DNA from: a virus
Virus record (IMG/VR): IMGVR_UViG_3300002446_000060
DNA: 64,000 nt
Direction: 5' to 3' (one strand)
Shown here piece by piece: positions 30,162 through 40,007 of this stretch; the first letter of the stretch is position 1, and every line of letters starts with the position of its first letter. Made by a program: the position numbers and the translations under genes. The notes beneath the pieces were generated by a model. That model saw only the letters and a program-made list of their open reading frames with translations, was not told the DNA's origin and did not search any database.

Positions 30162-31232
30162 ATGATTCGTAAAAATGTAAAATTAAGCAAGATTATAAGT
30201 TCTGATATTCTTCAGGGCGTTAATCTAATGATCGCTAATAAAAAAGTTCCAACTTCTTTTATGGACTTTGTTAGCGGTCTTTTGCTTATTGATAATAATC
30301 AAGAATTTTCAAAAGATAATCTAAGGGTTATTTTTAAGAATTACTTTCCAAGATTATTTCAATCAACCACATTTGCAAAAAAATCATTTGTTCCATTCGA
30401 TCATTTCTTTGATTTGTGCCAATCAAATTTTTATTCTAAAAAAGGTATTATATCAAAAGTATCAAATAATAGATACAAAGTCAACAATATTCTTTCATCG
30501 TTATCAATTCAAACTCCCCATAAACATCTTTATAATATCAGAATAAATCATGAGCAATTTGAAAAATATAACCATAATATAACTAATCTTGTTAAAGATT
30601 GTAATTGGAAGTTGATTGAAATATTAGTTAATGGTTGCAAAGATGTTATTTTTACTTATAAACAGATCCAAAACATTTTTGGTCTTACTAAGAATGATGT
30701 TAAAAAATATTTAAAAGCCACTTGTTCTAATGTAACATACGTCACAAGAACAATAGGCAAGAATGAACAAAAGGATTTAGAATTAGATACTAATTTACTT
30801 GGTTCTAAAAAACATTATAAGATGATTAGAGGGTTTACAATTAACATCAATAAACCTCTTGATGTTATTCATATCAATGTAAACAAAAAGAATCTTATAT
30901 CTATTAAAGATCGTCTCGAAAAGCAACAATTCCGATATAATGTATACGATTTTATGGCGTCAGTAACCAATGCAAATCGTCCTAAGTTAGGTGATAGTGA
31001 TTGTTCATTTAATGATCAATACGAACGATTAGGTTTTACTTGTGTTACATCCGCACAATCTCAATGCAAATTAAAAGAATATGTTGAAAGTGTCAATATT
31101 GGTTCATATAAACAAATGAAGAATATCTTCGATTATTTGAAGAGTAATTTTCATCCTGAGATAGTTGAATATAAAGCATCATTTAAAGATGTGTATAATC
31201 AGCTATTAAAAAAGTTTATTTACCAGTTCTAA
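30162..31232 (+). CDS. Hypothetical protein with possible HTH, adjacent to the repeat tract
   Basis: Track start 30144 is a TTG inside the promoter, so ATG 30162 is preferred. FTYKQIQNIFGLTKNDVKKYL is HTH-like. Confidence 0.55.
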   Translation: MIRKNVKLSKIISSDILQGVNLMIANKKVPTSFMDFVSGLLLIDNNQEFSKDNLRVIFKNYFPRLFQSTTFAKKSFVPFDHFFDLCQSNFYSKKGIISKVSNNRYKVNNILSSLSIQTPHKHLYNIRINHEQFEKYNHNITNLVKDCNWKLIEILVNGCKDVIFTYKQIQNIFGLTKNDVKKYLKATCSNVTYVTRTIGKNEQKDLELDTNLLGSKKHYKMIRGFTININKPLDVIHINVNKKNLISIKDRLEKQQFRYNVYDFMASVTNANRPKLGDSDCSFNDQYERLGFTCVTSAQSQCKLKEYVESVNIGSYKQMKNIFDYLKSNFHPEIVEYKASFKDVYNQLLKKFIYQF

Positions 31233-31390
31233 ATAAGAACAGACACTTTCAACATATTTTTTTACTTGTATTAAAATGAAGTAAAAAATTCATTACTTAT
31301 TAATAATATTCCTATGTCAATTTTACTTTTAAAAACAAAAATGTGATTGGTTGTTTCGCTACGCTCCACAACAATTAAAAATAAATTAAT

Positions 31391-31737
31391 AAGAACTTAA
31401 CCAATATTTACTTAAATAAAGAAAAATAAAAAAGAACTTAACTAAATAAAAAAGAATTTAACTAAATTAATAAGAACTTAACTAAATTAAACAAGATTAA
31501 AAAGAATTAAACAAGAACTTAACTAAATAAAAAAGAATTAAACTTAATTAAACAAGATTAAACAGAACTTAACTAAATAAACCTTTAACTTTTTAATAAA
31601 CTTAATTAATAAGAACTTAACTAAACAAGAGCTTAACTAAACTTAATTAATAAGAACTTAACTTAATAAAAAAGAATTAAACCAAATTTAACTAAATAAA
31701 CTGGAGCTTAACTAAACTTAATTAATAAGAACTTAAC
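31391..31737. repeat. A-rich iteron-like direct repeat array (candidate replication origin)
   Basis: 8 exact AGAACTTAAC copies (31392, 31433, 31473, 31514, 31564, 31612, 31653, 31728) plus about 4 variants; 34-nt unit duplicated at 31629 and 31704. Confidence 0.8.
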
Positions 31738-31747
31738 CTTTTTAAAT

Positions 31748-31850
31748 AAAGAAGTTGATAAAATAATTAAGAAAAGTTTTTATAAAATATTATTTAATAA
31801 AGCTTAATTAGTTGTTTTTTCTTATTTTTAACCATTTTATCAACTTCTTT
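31748..31850. repeat. 17-bp perfect inverted repeat, 69-nt spacer
   Basis: aaagaagttgataaaat (31748-31764) / attttatcaacttcttt (31834-31850). Confidence 0.8.
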
Positions 31851-31936
31851 TTTATTTACTTTATTAAAAATCTTTTAAATATATTATTATATAAATAACG
31901 TTATAGTTATCTTCATTTAAGAAGTAAAGGTCCATT

Positions 31937-32371
31937 ATGAAAGAAAAGGGTAAATTTTACTTAACTAACAAAGAGTTTCTTTATGAATTAAGAAATTATC
32001 ATCGCTTAAAAAAAATCAGCAAGCGTCTTCATGAAATTTTTTATCTCTTATCAGAACGCATAGCTCGTAAATCTTTATTTTATAGAAGAGTTTCAAATCA
32101 ACATATTAAGTCAACTGATTTAACAGATGTATACAATGATTTTATTCATGAAGGTTACTTAAAATGTATTAAGAGAATTGAATCTTTTAATATCGAAACA
32201 CACTTTAACCCATTTTCATATTTTACCTCTGTTATTACAAATACATTTAAAGATTTCTTTGGAAAAGAATATAGAAATGAGGTTTTAAAATCTATTGCTC
32301 AACATGATTATGAACACCATTTTTTAATCACATACGGATTTCCATTAACACATATAAGCGAGGAAGATTGA
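31937..32371 (+). CDS. gp55: Late sigma factor (gp55-like)
   Basis: FYLTNKEFL N-terminus, CIKRIESFN and FNPFSYFTSVITNTF motifs; precedes gp47/46 as in T4. Confidence 0.8.
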   Translation: MKEKGKFYLTNKEFLYELRNYHRLKKISKRLHEIFYLLSERIARKSLFYRRVSNQHIKSTDLTDVYNDFIHEGYLKCIKRIESFNIETHFNPFSYFTSVITNTFKDFFGKEYRNEVLKSIAQHDYEHHFLITYGFPLTHISEED

Positions 32372-33399
32372 TTATGAAACATGCAATTATTGGTGATATC
32401 CATTTTAAAAAATGTAAAGATATTGAGCAGAAATATAGAGATAGAGTTTTATATTTCATTTTTAAAACTCTTCAAGAAAAAAACATAGATAACATTATTC
32501 AATTAGGTGATTTCTTTGATGATAGAAAGCATATAGATTTGCAAGTTTATGATGATGTTGTAAGAATATATGATAAGTACTTTTCGGATATGAATTCGAC
32601 CACTCTAATCATCGGCAATCATGATACATATTATAAAGATAACAATTCAGTTTTTTCACCAATACTATTAAAAGAATATTCCAACTTAAAAATTATAAAT
32701 AAGATTCAAGAAACGAATCTAGGCTTGTTTGTTCCATGGCTTAATAATTCAAACGTTGATGAATTTACAAAAACAATTGAAAATACAAAAGCTAAATATT
32801 GCTTTGGACATTTTGAAATAAATTCGTTTGCTATGATCAAAGGATTGGAAGAAAATAATGGGTTGTCAACAACGTTGTTTAATAAGTTTGATAAGGTATT
32901 TTCTGGTCATTTTCATTTAACACAAGATAAAATTAATATCTCATATGTTGGATCAGTTTTTCAAAATGACAGAAATGATATAAATGATATTAAACGTTTC
33001 ATGATTATTGATGATCAAACGCATGAAATTGAAGAAGTTAAAATACCATTTGAATTATTTAATAGAGTTGTTATTACATCAGAAGATGAAATGACTGATG
33101 ATTTGATAGATACATTTTCGGGTAAGATCAATGATATTATCTTTACAACCGAACGAAGTTTAAAACGTGAAAAATTTATTGATAAAATCATAGAATCATC
33201 TAGCAATTATGAATATCAAATTATTGATAATTCAGAATTGTGCAAAGAGAAAATAAATTTAATATCGCAAAATGATGATGTTAATGAATTATTTGTTGAT
33301 TATCTTACTCTATCAAATAGTTATGATCAACAAAGAAAAGATTCATTAAAAAAATTATTCATAGATATATATTGTGATATTAAAGGAGATTCAAAATGA
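32368..33399 (+). CDS. gp47: Recombination nuclease (gp47, Mre11-like; likely start 32374)
   Basis: IGDIH, QLGDFFD, IGNHD, FGHFE, SGHFH and YVGS metallophosphoesterase motifs. Confidence 0.95.
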   Translation: MIMKHAIIGDIHFKKCKDIEQKYRDRVLYFIFKTLQEKNIDNIIQLGDFFDDRKHIDLQVYDDVVRIYDKYFSDMNSTTLIIGNHDTYYKDNNSVFSPILLKEYSNLKIINKIQETNLGLFVPWLNNSNVDEFTKTIENTKAKYCFGHFEINSFAMIKGLEENNGLSTTLFNKFDKVFSGHFHLTQDKINISYVGSVFQNDRNDINDIKRFMIIDDQTHEIEEVKIPFELFNRVVITSEDEMTDDLIDTFSGKINDIIFTTERSLKREKFIDKIIESSSNYEYQIIDNSELCKEKINLISQNDDVNELFVDYLTLSNSYDQQRKDSLKKLFIDIYCDIKGDSK

Positions 33400-35588
33400 A
33401 ATTTAAAAAGATTAGATTTAAAAACTTTCTTTCCTTTGGAAATACCATTACAGAGATTGACTTAGATTCAAACCAATCTATTCTTATCACTGGTGAAAAT
33501 GGAACTGGAAAGACCACAGCATTAGAAGCATTTTACTTTGCTATTTGCGGTAAGCCATATCGCAAAATAAAAAAAGATGAACTCATAAATTCAACTAATA
33601 AAAAAGAATTGTACGTTGAAGTTGAATTTAACCACGAAAACCATGAATATATAATTAAGCGCGGAATCAAACCAAATTTATTTGAATTGTATCAAGACAA
33701 TAAACTAATTGATTTAACCGCATCTACAAAAGATTATCAAACAATTCTGGAAAATCTTATTGGTGTTGATTCAGATACATTTGCCAATACTATTTTTATA
33801 TCATCAAAATGTTACACACCATTTTTAAAATTGAAAGCAGAAGACAAAAGAAATTTCATTGAAAATGTTCTCAATATAAAAACATTCTCACAAATTCTTG
33901 ATGAAACAAAAATTAAACGAACATTACAGACTGAAAAACATAATGAAATTAGTTTCAACTTAAAAAATTCTATCGATAAGTTTAATATTGCAAAAGAATC
34001 GAATGAAACATATGCAAAGAATAACGAAGATGAAATAGAATCAATTAAAAAACTTATTGATACTGAAGAAACAACGCTAATCCCTATCAATGATGAGATA
34101 TCCAGAATTGAAGCTTATTTGAATAAGAATAAATTTGATGCTAAGCTCGTTGAAATTTTCAATGAACAAAATAATGTTCATAATGAAATTAACAGTGCAA
34201 CTCAAGCAATAAATGATGATACAAAACTTATAGTTGATAAGCACAATGATGAAATAAGTCTAATAAGACAACAAATATCAGCAGAAAATAAAAAACAAAT
34301 AGTATTAATATCGAATAAATCAGCATTAGAAAAACAATTTGATATGCTTTCTCATGAGCACACAAACACAATTGATAAATTGAAACAGATATTAGATAAA
34401 GAAATTGTCTTGATCAATAATGAATTCATTATTAAACAAAACGAGCAAGCTTCTATTATTGATAAGAATAATAAAGCTATTGAATTTTATCAACATAATA
34501 CTGAATGCCCAACTTGCAAACAAATAATATCATTAGACTCTGATATTATATCCAAACATGTTTTGTCTCTTAAAACTGAAATAGAACGTTGCAATAGATG
34601 CATAGAAGTGGCTAGAGATAGTGCCGATGAAAGAATCAAACATATAACTATTGAAACGCAAAAACAAAGTGATCTTACCAATGAATCTTACATATCTAAG
34701 AAGGAAGATGTTAAATTTCAATTATTTAAAATAAATGAAGACATTAGAAAAATAGAAGACTTGGTTGTAGATCTAAACGCTAAGATCATAAACGTTGAGC
34801 CTTTTATTAAAAAAGCTGAGGCTGAAAAGCAAATTAAAATAGCTGAGATGTTAAAAGAATTCGATGATAAAATAAATAATCTTCAGCTCAAAAAACAAGA
34901 TATTGAATCTAAGATAAAACAAGCTTCAAATAAAAGTTCTGAACTCTTAAACAAAAAAACAACATCAGATACTAAAATAAATTCTTTTAATGATAGAATA
35001 AAAGAATTGAGCTCAATAGAAAAAAAATCATTGATTGATACGGTGCCATTAGAAAAAGAAATAGAAATAAATAAAGAAGAACTGAACAAATCTGATTATG
35101 AAAAAGAAACTATTGCTGAATTGATTAAAATACTTTCAGACAAAGGCATCAAAACATACATCATTGCTAAGTATATTCCATACCTCAATGAATTGGTTAA
35201 TAAATATCTTGAAATATTCAATGCAAATTATCGATTGCAATTTGATTCTAATTTTGATATTCAAATTTCTGGTAGAGGATATGAAAAGCTTGGTTATTAT
35301 TCATTCTCATCTGGCGAAGAACAACGTGTCGACTTAGCATTATTATTTTCTTTTTATGAGCTCGGAAAAATGAAAAATAGTATTAACACAAATGTTTTAA
35401 TGCTTGATGAAATTAGTGACAAGAGTCTTGATTCTGATGGCTTATCTGGTTTATTTTCAATATTTAAGAATATGAAACAAAAAGGAATGACAATATTCAA
35501 CATTAGTCATCGTCCAGAAGTTAGAGACAAATTTGATAAAGTATATAAAATTACAAAGACTACATTTAGTTCTATAACTGAGGAATAA
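33396..35588 (+). CDS. gp46: Recombination ATPase (gp46, Rad50-like)
   Basis: GENGTGKT Walker A, CPTC zinc hook, FSSGEEQR signature and MLDE Walker B. Confidence 0.96.
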   Translation: MKFKKIRFKNFLSFGNTITEIDLDSNQSILITGENGTGKTTALEAFYFAICGKPYRKIKKDELINSTNKKELYVEVEFNHENHEYIIKRGIKPNLFELYQDNKLIDLTASTKDYQTILENLIGVDSDTFANTIFISSKCYTPFLKLKAEDKRNFIENVLNIKTFSQILDETKIKRTLQTEKHNEISFNLKNSIDKFNIAKESNETYAKNNEDEIESIKKLIDTEETTLIPINDEISRIEAYLNKNKFDAKLVEIFNEQNNVHNEINSATQAINDDTKLIVDKHNDEISLIRQQISAENKKQIVLISNKSALEKQFDMLSHEHTNTIDKLKQILDKEIVLINNEFIIKQNEQASIIDKNNKAIEFYQHNTECPTCKQIISLDSDIISKHVLSLKTEIERCNRCIEVARDSADERIKHITIETQKQSDLTNESYISKKEDVKFQLFKINEDIRKIEDLVVDLNAKIINVEPFIKKAEAEKQIKIAEMLKEFDDKINNLQLKKQDIESKIKQASNKSSELLNKKTTSDTKINSFNDRIKELSSIEKKSLIDTVPLEKEIEINKEELNKSDYEKETIAELIKILSDKGIKTYIIAKYIPYLNELVNKYLEIFNANYRLQFDSNFDIQISGRGYEKLGYYSFSSGEEQRVDLALLFSFYELGKMKNSINTNVLMLDEISDKSLDSDGLSGLFSIFKNMKQKGMTIFNISHRPEVRDKFDKVYKITKTTFSSITEE

Positions 35589-35590
35589 CA

Positions 35591-36220
35591 ATGGAAAATC
35601 AAGAATCTCTAAGCCGAAATATTCTTTTATTTGGTGATATAACATCAGAAAAAATTGAATCCATTATGCAGTATATTATAGATATCGTGGATCATGATGA
35701 TTATATGTCAGACACCTTGACTAATTATGAACGAGAACCTATAAAATTGTATATTTGTTCTGGCGGTGGAGAAGTAATGCCGACAATTGGACTCTGCGAA
35801 TATATAGCATATTGTGGAACTCCAATTGCAACAATATGCCTAGGCGAGGCTTGTTCAGCAGCATTTATGTTATTAATTGCCGGTCATAGAAGATATGCAG
35901 TTAAAGGCAGTTCTTTGATGGCTCATCAAATGGCTGGCGGCGCAATTGGTTCTGCTAAGGACTGCGAAATTCATTTACAACACATGAAAAAAGTAGAATC
36001 ATATATGATTGATTTAATTAAAGAAACTACTGAACTTCCTCAGTCTTTAATTGATGAAATTTATTCTAGTCAAATTGATAAATTTATGACAGTTGAAGAA
36101 GCCTTAGAATATAAAGTTATTGATTGCATTTATGGACAAGTTGATAGCGAAGAAACTGACGAAGAAGATGAAGAAATTTCTTCTGATGAAGCCAATATTA
36201 ATGAACCTTGCAACACATGA
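35591..36220 (+). CDS. clpP: ClpP-like serine protease
   Basis: ICSGGG, GEACSAAFMLLIAG (Ser), LMAHQ (His) and DKFMTVEEALEYKVID (Asp). Confidence 0.85.
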   Translation: MENQESLSRNILLFGDITSEKIESIMQYIIDIVDHDDYMSDTLTNYEREPIKLYICSGGGEVMPTIGLCEYIAYCGTPIATICLGEACSAAFMLLIAGHRRYAVKGSSLMAHQMAGGAIGSAKDCEIHLQHMKKVESYMIDLIKETTELPQSLIDEIYSSQIDKFMTVEEALEYKVIDCIYGQVDSEETDEEDEEISSDEANINEPCNT

Positions 36221-36837
36221 GTGAATATATGAAAAAAGCTTTTCTTGGAATAGATCCTGGCCGTAATGGTGGATATGCATTACTTGGGGAAGATGGAATT
36301 CTAATTGATTATTCCATCTTCCCATATAAACTAGAAGAATTTGATTCTAAAACCTTTATAGACTACTTAAACAAAATCAAATTGGAATATAATGTTTCAG
36401 TCATATTTGAATATGTTTTTGGTATGCCCAATCAATCTTCTGTAGCAACATTCAATTTTGGTAATAATAGAGGAGAAGTAATATCTCTCATTAAAGCTGT
36501 TGAATTACCATATCGTGAAGTTCAGCCAACTGAATGGAAAAAGAATGTATTAAAAGGTTTAAAATGGAAAGCTGAAACAGTTCGTTTTAAAGCACCGAAG
36601 GGTATATCAAAAGAAGAGTCAGAAATCTTAAAAGCTGAATTTAAAAAGCTTAATAATTCCAATAATAGCAAGGCTAAACGAGAAGCTAAGTTAGTATCAG
36701 CAGAATTTGTATTTAAAACGTTTCCACAAGCAAACATATATATTGGAAAGAATCCTCATGATGGAATGTCTGATGCAATTTGTATGGCGTATTATGGATA
36801 CTTATATGATAAAGGACAGTTATTAGCAAAAGAGTAA
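36208..36837 (+). CDS. RuvC-like Holliday junction resolvase
   Basis: LGIDPG, IFE, FNFG, VQPTEWKK and DGMSDAICMA motifs. Confidence 0.82.
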   Translation: MQHMSEYMKKAFLGIDPGRNGGYALLGEDGILIDYSIFPYKLEEFDSKTFIDYLNKIKLEYNVSVIFEYVFGMPNQSSVATFNFGNNRGEVISLIKAVELPYREVQPTEWKKNVLKGLKWKAETVRFKAPKGISKEESEILKAEFKKLNNSNNSKAKREAKLVSAEFVFKTFPQANIYIGKNPHDGMSDAICMAYYGYLYDKGQLLAKE

Positions 36838-36844
36838 ATAAATT

Positions 36845-37327
36845 ATGAATGATAACAATGTTACAAATTTTTCGAACAGAAATAAATTCAAAATATTAGT
36901 TCATTTTGATGATGTTAATACATTCGAAATGCTGGTAAAATCAGTGACATTTGGTGGAATAACACTTGGAACTACAATATATTCAACACCAATGCGAAAT
37001 CTTGAATATCCCGGAGATTCATTCCAAGCAGAAGATGCGGTTATCGATTTTTACTTAGATGAAAACTGGGAGTCATTTAAAGAATTGTTTCGTTGGATGA
37101 AAAGAATAAAATCAACCAAGACAGCTAATCAAAATCCTCTACTATTAGCTGATATGACAGTTCAGATTTTAAACACAAAATTTCGTGATACATTTAACAT
37201 TATATTAGAAGATTGCTTTCCATATTCATTAACAACAATAAATCTTGATACGGATGATGATGCAATGCCGTTGATGGGTCAAGTTATAATGAAAGTAAAT
37301 GATATGGATATTGTGGATAAAAATTAA
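36845..37327 (+). CDS. gp3: Tail tube terminator (gp3-like, gp19 fold)
   Basis: YPGDSFQ..IDFYLDENWESFKELFRWM and FPYSL motifs. Confidence 0.7.
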   Translation: MNDNNVTNFSNRNKFKILVHFDDVNTFEMLVKSVTFGGITLGTTIYSTPMRNLEYPGDSFQAEDAVIDFYLDENWESFKELFRWMKRIKSTKTANQNPLLLADMTVQILNTKFRDTFNIILEDCFPYSLTTINLDTDDDAMPLMGQVIMKVNDMDIVDKN

Positions 37328-37339
37328 AAATTTTATTAT

Positions 37340-37350
37340 TGTGGTATAAT
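37340..37350 (+). promoter_or_regulatory. Extended -10 promoter TGTGGTATAAT
   Basis: Identical 11-mer to 30145-30155; T4 early-like. Confidence 0.55.
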
Positions 37351-37387
37351 AATTTTGATGGAGTGATTCATTTTCAATCTCTTTTCG

Positions 37388-37419
37388 TTCCTCGGATAAA
37401 ACCGAGGAATTTTTTTTTT
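37388..37419 (+). terminator. Intrinsic terminator
   Basis: ttcctcgg-ataaaa-ccgaggaa followed by 10 T. Confidence 0.85.
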
Positions 37420-37475
37420 AATAAAAAAATGCATTACAATATATAATGAAACAAATACATTGAAAGAGGTTAAAA

Positions 37476-38768
37476 ATGGATAAAACAATAGACAGTTTTT
37501 TAGACAATGAATATAAAAACTATGCTGAAGAAGTATCATTTAAACGAGCTTTGCCTTCAGCCATTGATGGTATGAAACCAGTTAGACGTAAGATTTTTTA
37601 TTATATGTCAAAAAATAAAAACTCTGGCTTTATAAAAGTATCAGCCATTGCTGGTGGTATAGCCGAAAAATGTAATTATCATCACGGCGATGCATCACAA
37701 GCTATTATAAATATGGCAAAAGACTTTCCATCATCAAATAACTATTCTATGTTATTACCAAAAGGCATGTTTGGTTCGAAATTACTTCCAGGATCATCAG
37801 CAGCTTCGAGATATATTCATGCAAAATATAATTCAATAAATGATCTTATATTTTTAGATAATGATTTAATAGAACCAAATCATGACTTAGAATCTCCAGA
37901 ACCAGAATTTTATCTTCCGATAATTCCAATTCATCTTATAAATGGAATGAATGGAATAGGAATTGGTTATGCTGTTAAAATCTTTTCAAGAAAATTGTCA
38001 GATATTGTAACTTCAATTTTGGAATGTATTGATAATGTTGATATAACCAATGCCGCTCCATATTTTAACAAATGTAATTATAACATTCAACAACTAACAA
38101 TGAAATCATTTGAAATATCTGGAAAATATCATATTGAAAAGGATAAGCTTGTTGTCACTGAATTGATCCCGGGTATGGATCGAAATAAATTTGTTGAACA
38201 TTTGATCAAATTACAAGATAAAAACATTATTAAAACATATAATGATGAATCAAAATTAGACTTTAAATTTGTTATTAAGTTGAGTGATAATCTAACGCAT
38301 GATAAAATTCTACAAGTATTTAATTTGACTAAAGTGTTTCATGAAAACTATACAATGTTAGATCATCTTAACAACATAATAACGTTTGATAGCTATAATG
38401 AGATCATAAAATATTTTACAGATTATAGACTTAAAATTTATACTAAACGCAAATCATTGGCTATTAAAAAGTTGAATGAAGAAATCGAAAAAATAGAAGC
38501 AATTATTATATTCATAAAAAATATGAAAGATATTATAAATGCAAAATCAATAGATGAAATAAAAATACTATTCAAAGATAAGCTTAAACCTGAATCGATT
38601 GAATATTGTTTAAAGAGACCTTTATCGAATTTTATGAAAATGAATATTGATGATTTAAATAATAATATTAAAGAACATCAAAATATGATACAATATTATT
38701 CATCGGTAGAAGAAAAAACATTGTATAAAAATGATTTGAACACATTGCTAAAAGCAATGAACGAATGA
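37476..38768 (+). CDS. gp52: DNA topoisomerase II medium subunit (gp52, GyrA/ParC-like)
   Basis: RALPSAIDGMKPVRRK, YHHGDAS, AASRY active site and NGIGIGYA. Confidence 0.93.
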   Translation: MDKTIDSFLDNEYKNYAEEVSFKRALPSAIDGMKPVRRKIFYYMSKNKNSGFIKVSAIAGGIAEKCNYHHGDASQAIINMAKDFPSSNNYSMLLPKGMFGSKLLPGSSAASRYIHAKYNSINDLIFLDNDLIEPNHDLESPEPEFYLPIIPIHLINGMNGIGIGYAVKIFSRKLSDIVTSILECIDNVDITNAAPYFNKCNYNIQQLTMKSFEISGKYHIEKDKLVVTELIPGMDRNKFVEHLIKLQDKNIIKTYNDESKLDFKFVIKLSDNLTHDKILQVFNLTKVFHENYTMLDHLNNIITFDSYNEIIKYFTDYRLKIYTKRKSLAIKKLNEEIEKIEAIIIFIKNMKDIINAKSIDEIKILFKDKLKPESIEYCLKRPLSNFMKMNIDDLNNNIKEHQNMIQYYSSVEEKTLYKNDLNTLLKAMNE

Positions 38769-38788
38769 ATGAATTTGGTTAATAAAAG

Positions 38789-38938
38789 ATGAAAAAATTA
38801 ATTATATTTATATTGTTATCTATGTTATTTTCTGGTTGTCAAAAAGGTGAAAACATTTTAGTTGGTCCAATATTGATTGATGAGACGTTTTTACCTGATA
38901 ACGTTACTATCAAAAAGGAGATTGATAATGACAAATAA
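38789..38938 (+). CDS. Micro-lipoprotein A (49 aa; absent from ORF track)
   Basis: MKKLIIFILLSMLFSG|CQKGETFLVGPILIDETFLPDNVTIKKEIDNDK; lipobox LFSG-C. Confidence 0.7.
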   Translation: MKKLIIFILLSMLFSGCQKGENILVGPILIDETFLPDNVTIKKEIDNDK

Positions 38939-39629
38939 TATTATTGAAACAAATGGAAAGAAGTATAAATTAACAAATGTTAAGAATCTAATTGATTGCG
39001 ACAAAATAGATTGTGCTTGCACTATTTGTGATTATGATTTTAGTGAAAGATGCGATATTCCTTTAGATGTATGTCCAGATTATCACTGTCTTAAACTTGT
39101 AGCAGCTCAGGAAAGAATGAATCTCTCAGAATTAAGTTTTAAAGTTATTACATGCTCTAGCCGCATGACAAAATTGCACGATATTCTAAAATCTCTAGGA
39201 GTCGTTTTACCAATCAATTACAATAATACCGTTTTTGTTATATGCGATGAAGGTCATTTTCAATTCGGCGGGTCCTTTATTCACTTTGATAAATTTTTGC
39301 AAGAAGAAATAACATTTGATCAAGCTATTTATTTGTTAAACAAATGCTCAAATGATATTAAAGAATCGAAATTAGGAAAATTCATTGAATATGATATTGC
39401 GCCAGATGGAAAATTTGATTCAGGAAGAACATATTGGGCTGATTTTAATTTTGAAGAAAATGAAAATAGTATTTTTGCTGGATGGCTTTGGGAAAATCCA
39501 AAAAATCCTAATTGTAAAACGTGGTCAATGAATAGAAAAGGAATAAAAGGATCGCGTATGATATCAAATTGTAATGAATGGGAATATCCGATTATTCCAA
39601 AGAAAATAAGATATTGGGTAAAGGAGTAA
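38928..39629 (+). CDS. Hypothetical protein
   Basis: ATG 38928 preferred over track start 38877 (AAGGAG SD); Cys-rich N-terminus. Confidence 0.65.
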   Translation: MTNNIIETNGKKYKLTNVKNLIDCDKIDCACTICDYDFSERCDIPLDVCPDYHCLKLVAAQERMNLSELSFKVITCSSRMTKLHDILKSLGVVLPINYNNTVFVICDEGHFQFGGSFIHFDKFLQEEITFDQAIYLLNKCSNDIKESKLGKFIEYDIAPDGKFDSGRTYWADFNFEENENSIFAGWLWENPKNPNCKTWSMNRKGIKGSRMISNCNEWEYPIIPKKIRYWVKE

Positions 39630-39633
39630 TGGT

Positions 39634-39729
39634 ATGAGTTGTTCCAATTGTCCATGGAAAAATCCAGCAAGTATCGAATATGAAGTTTTTGAAGAAAATG
39701 GAATGATTGGCATTGAGACAAACAGATGA
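39634..39729 (+). CDS. Small hypothetical protein (31 aa)
   Basis: MSCSNCPWKN...; AAGGAG SD upstream; ATGA overlap with the next ORF. Confidence 0.35.
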   Translation: MSCSNCPWKNPASIEYEVFEENGMIGIETNR

Positions 39730-40007
39730 AATTAACAAAAATTGTTTACAATCAAATAGATGTTGAATTGGTCAGATTAAAAAAAGCAATCATTAATACA
39801 AAAGAGATGTGGTTATTTAATGAATTAAGATGTCCTAATTGTGGCGATTTCATTCACTTTTATCATGATGAAACAAAATTTGCCAGAGGTGTTGTTCAAG
39901 TTCAATGCAATAAACAATTATGCAACTGTGAATTTATTATAGTTTGTTGGCACCATTTCATACCGCCAAATAACTATTGTTTAATTAAAAAGGAAGATTT
40001 AAAATGA
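39726..40007 (+). CDS. Hypothetical Zn-ribbon protein
   Basis: CPNC ... CNKQLCNC; translationally coupled to neighbours. Confidence 0.6.
   Translation: MKLTKIVYNQIDVELVRLKKAIINTKEMWLFNELRCPNCGDFIHFYHDETKFARGVVQVQCNKQLCNCEFIIVCWHHFIPPNNYCLIKKEDLK

Noticed and set aside
31391-31737. CRISPR array
   Set aside because: Repeats are only 10-15 nt, spacing is irregular, and the intervening sequence is itself repetitive rather than unique spacers; no cas genes.
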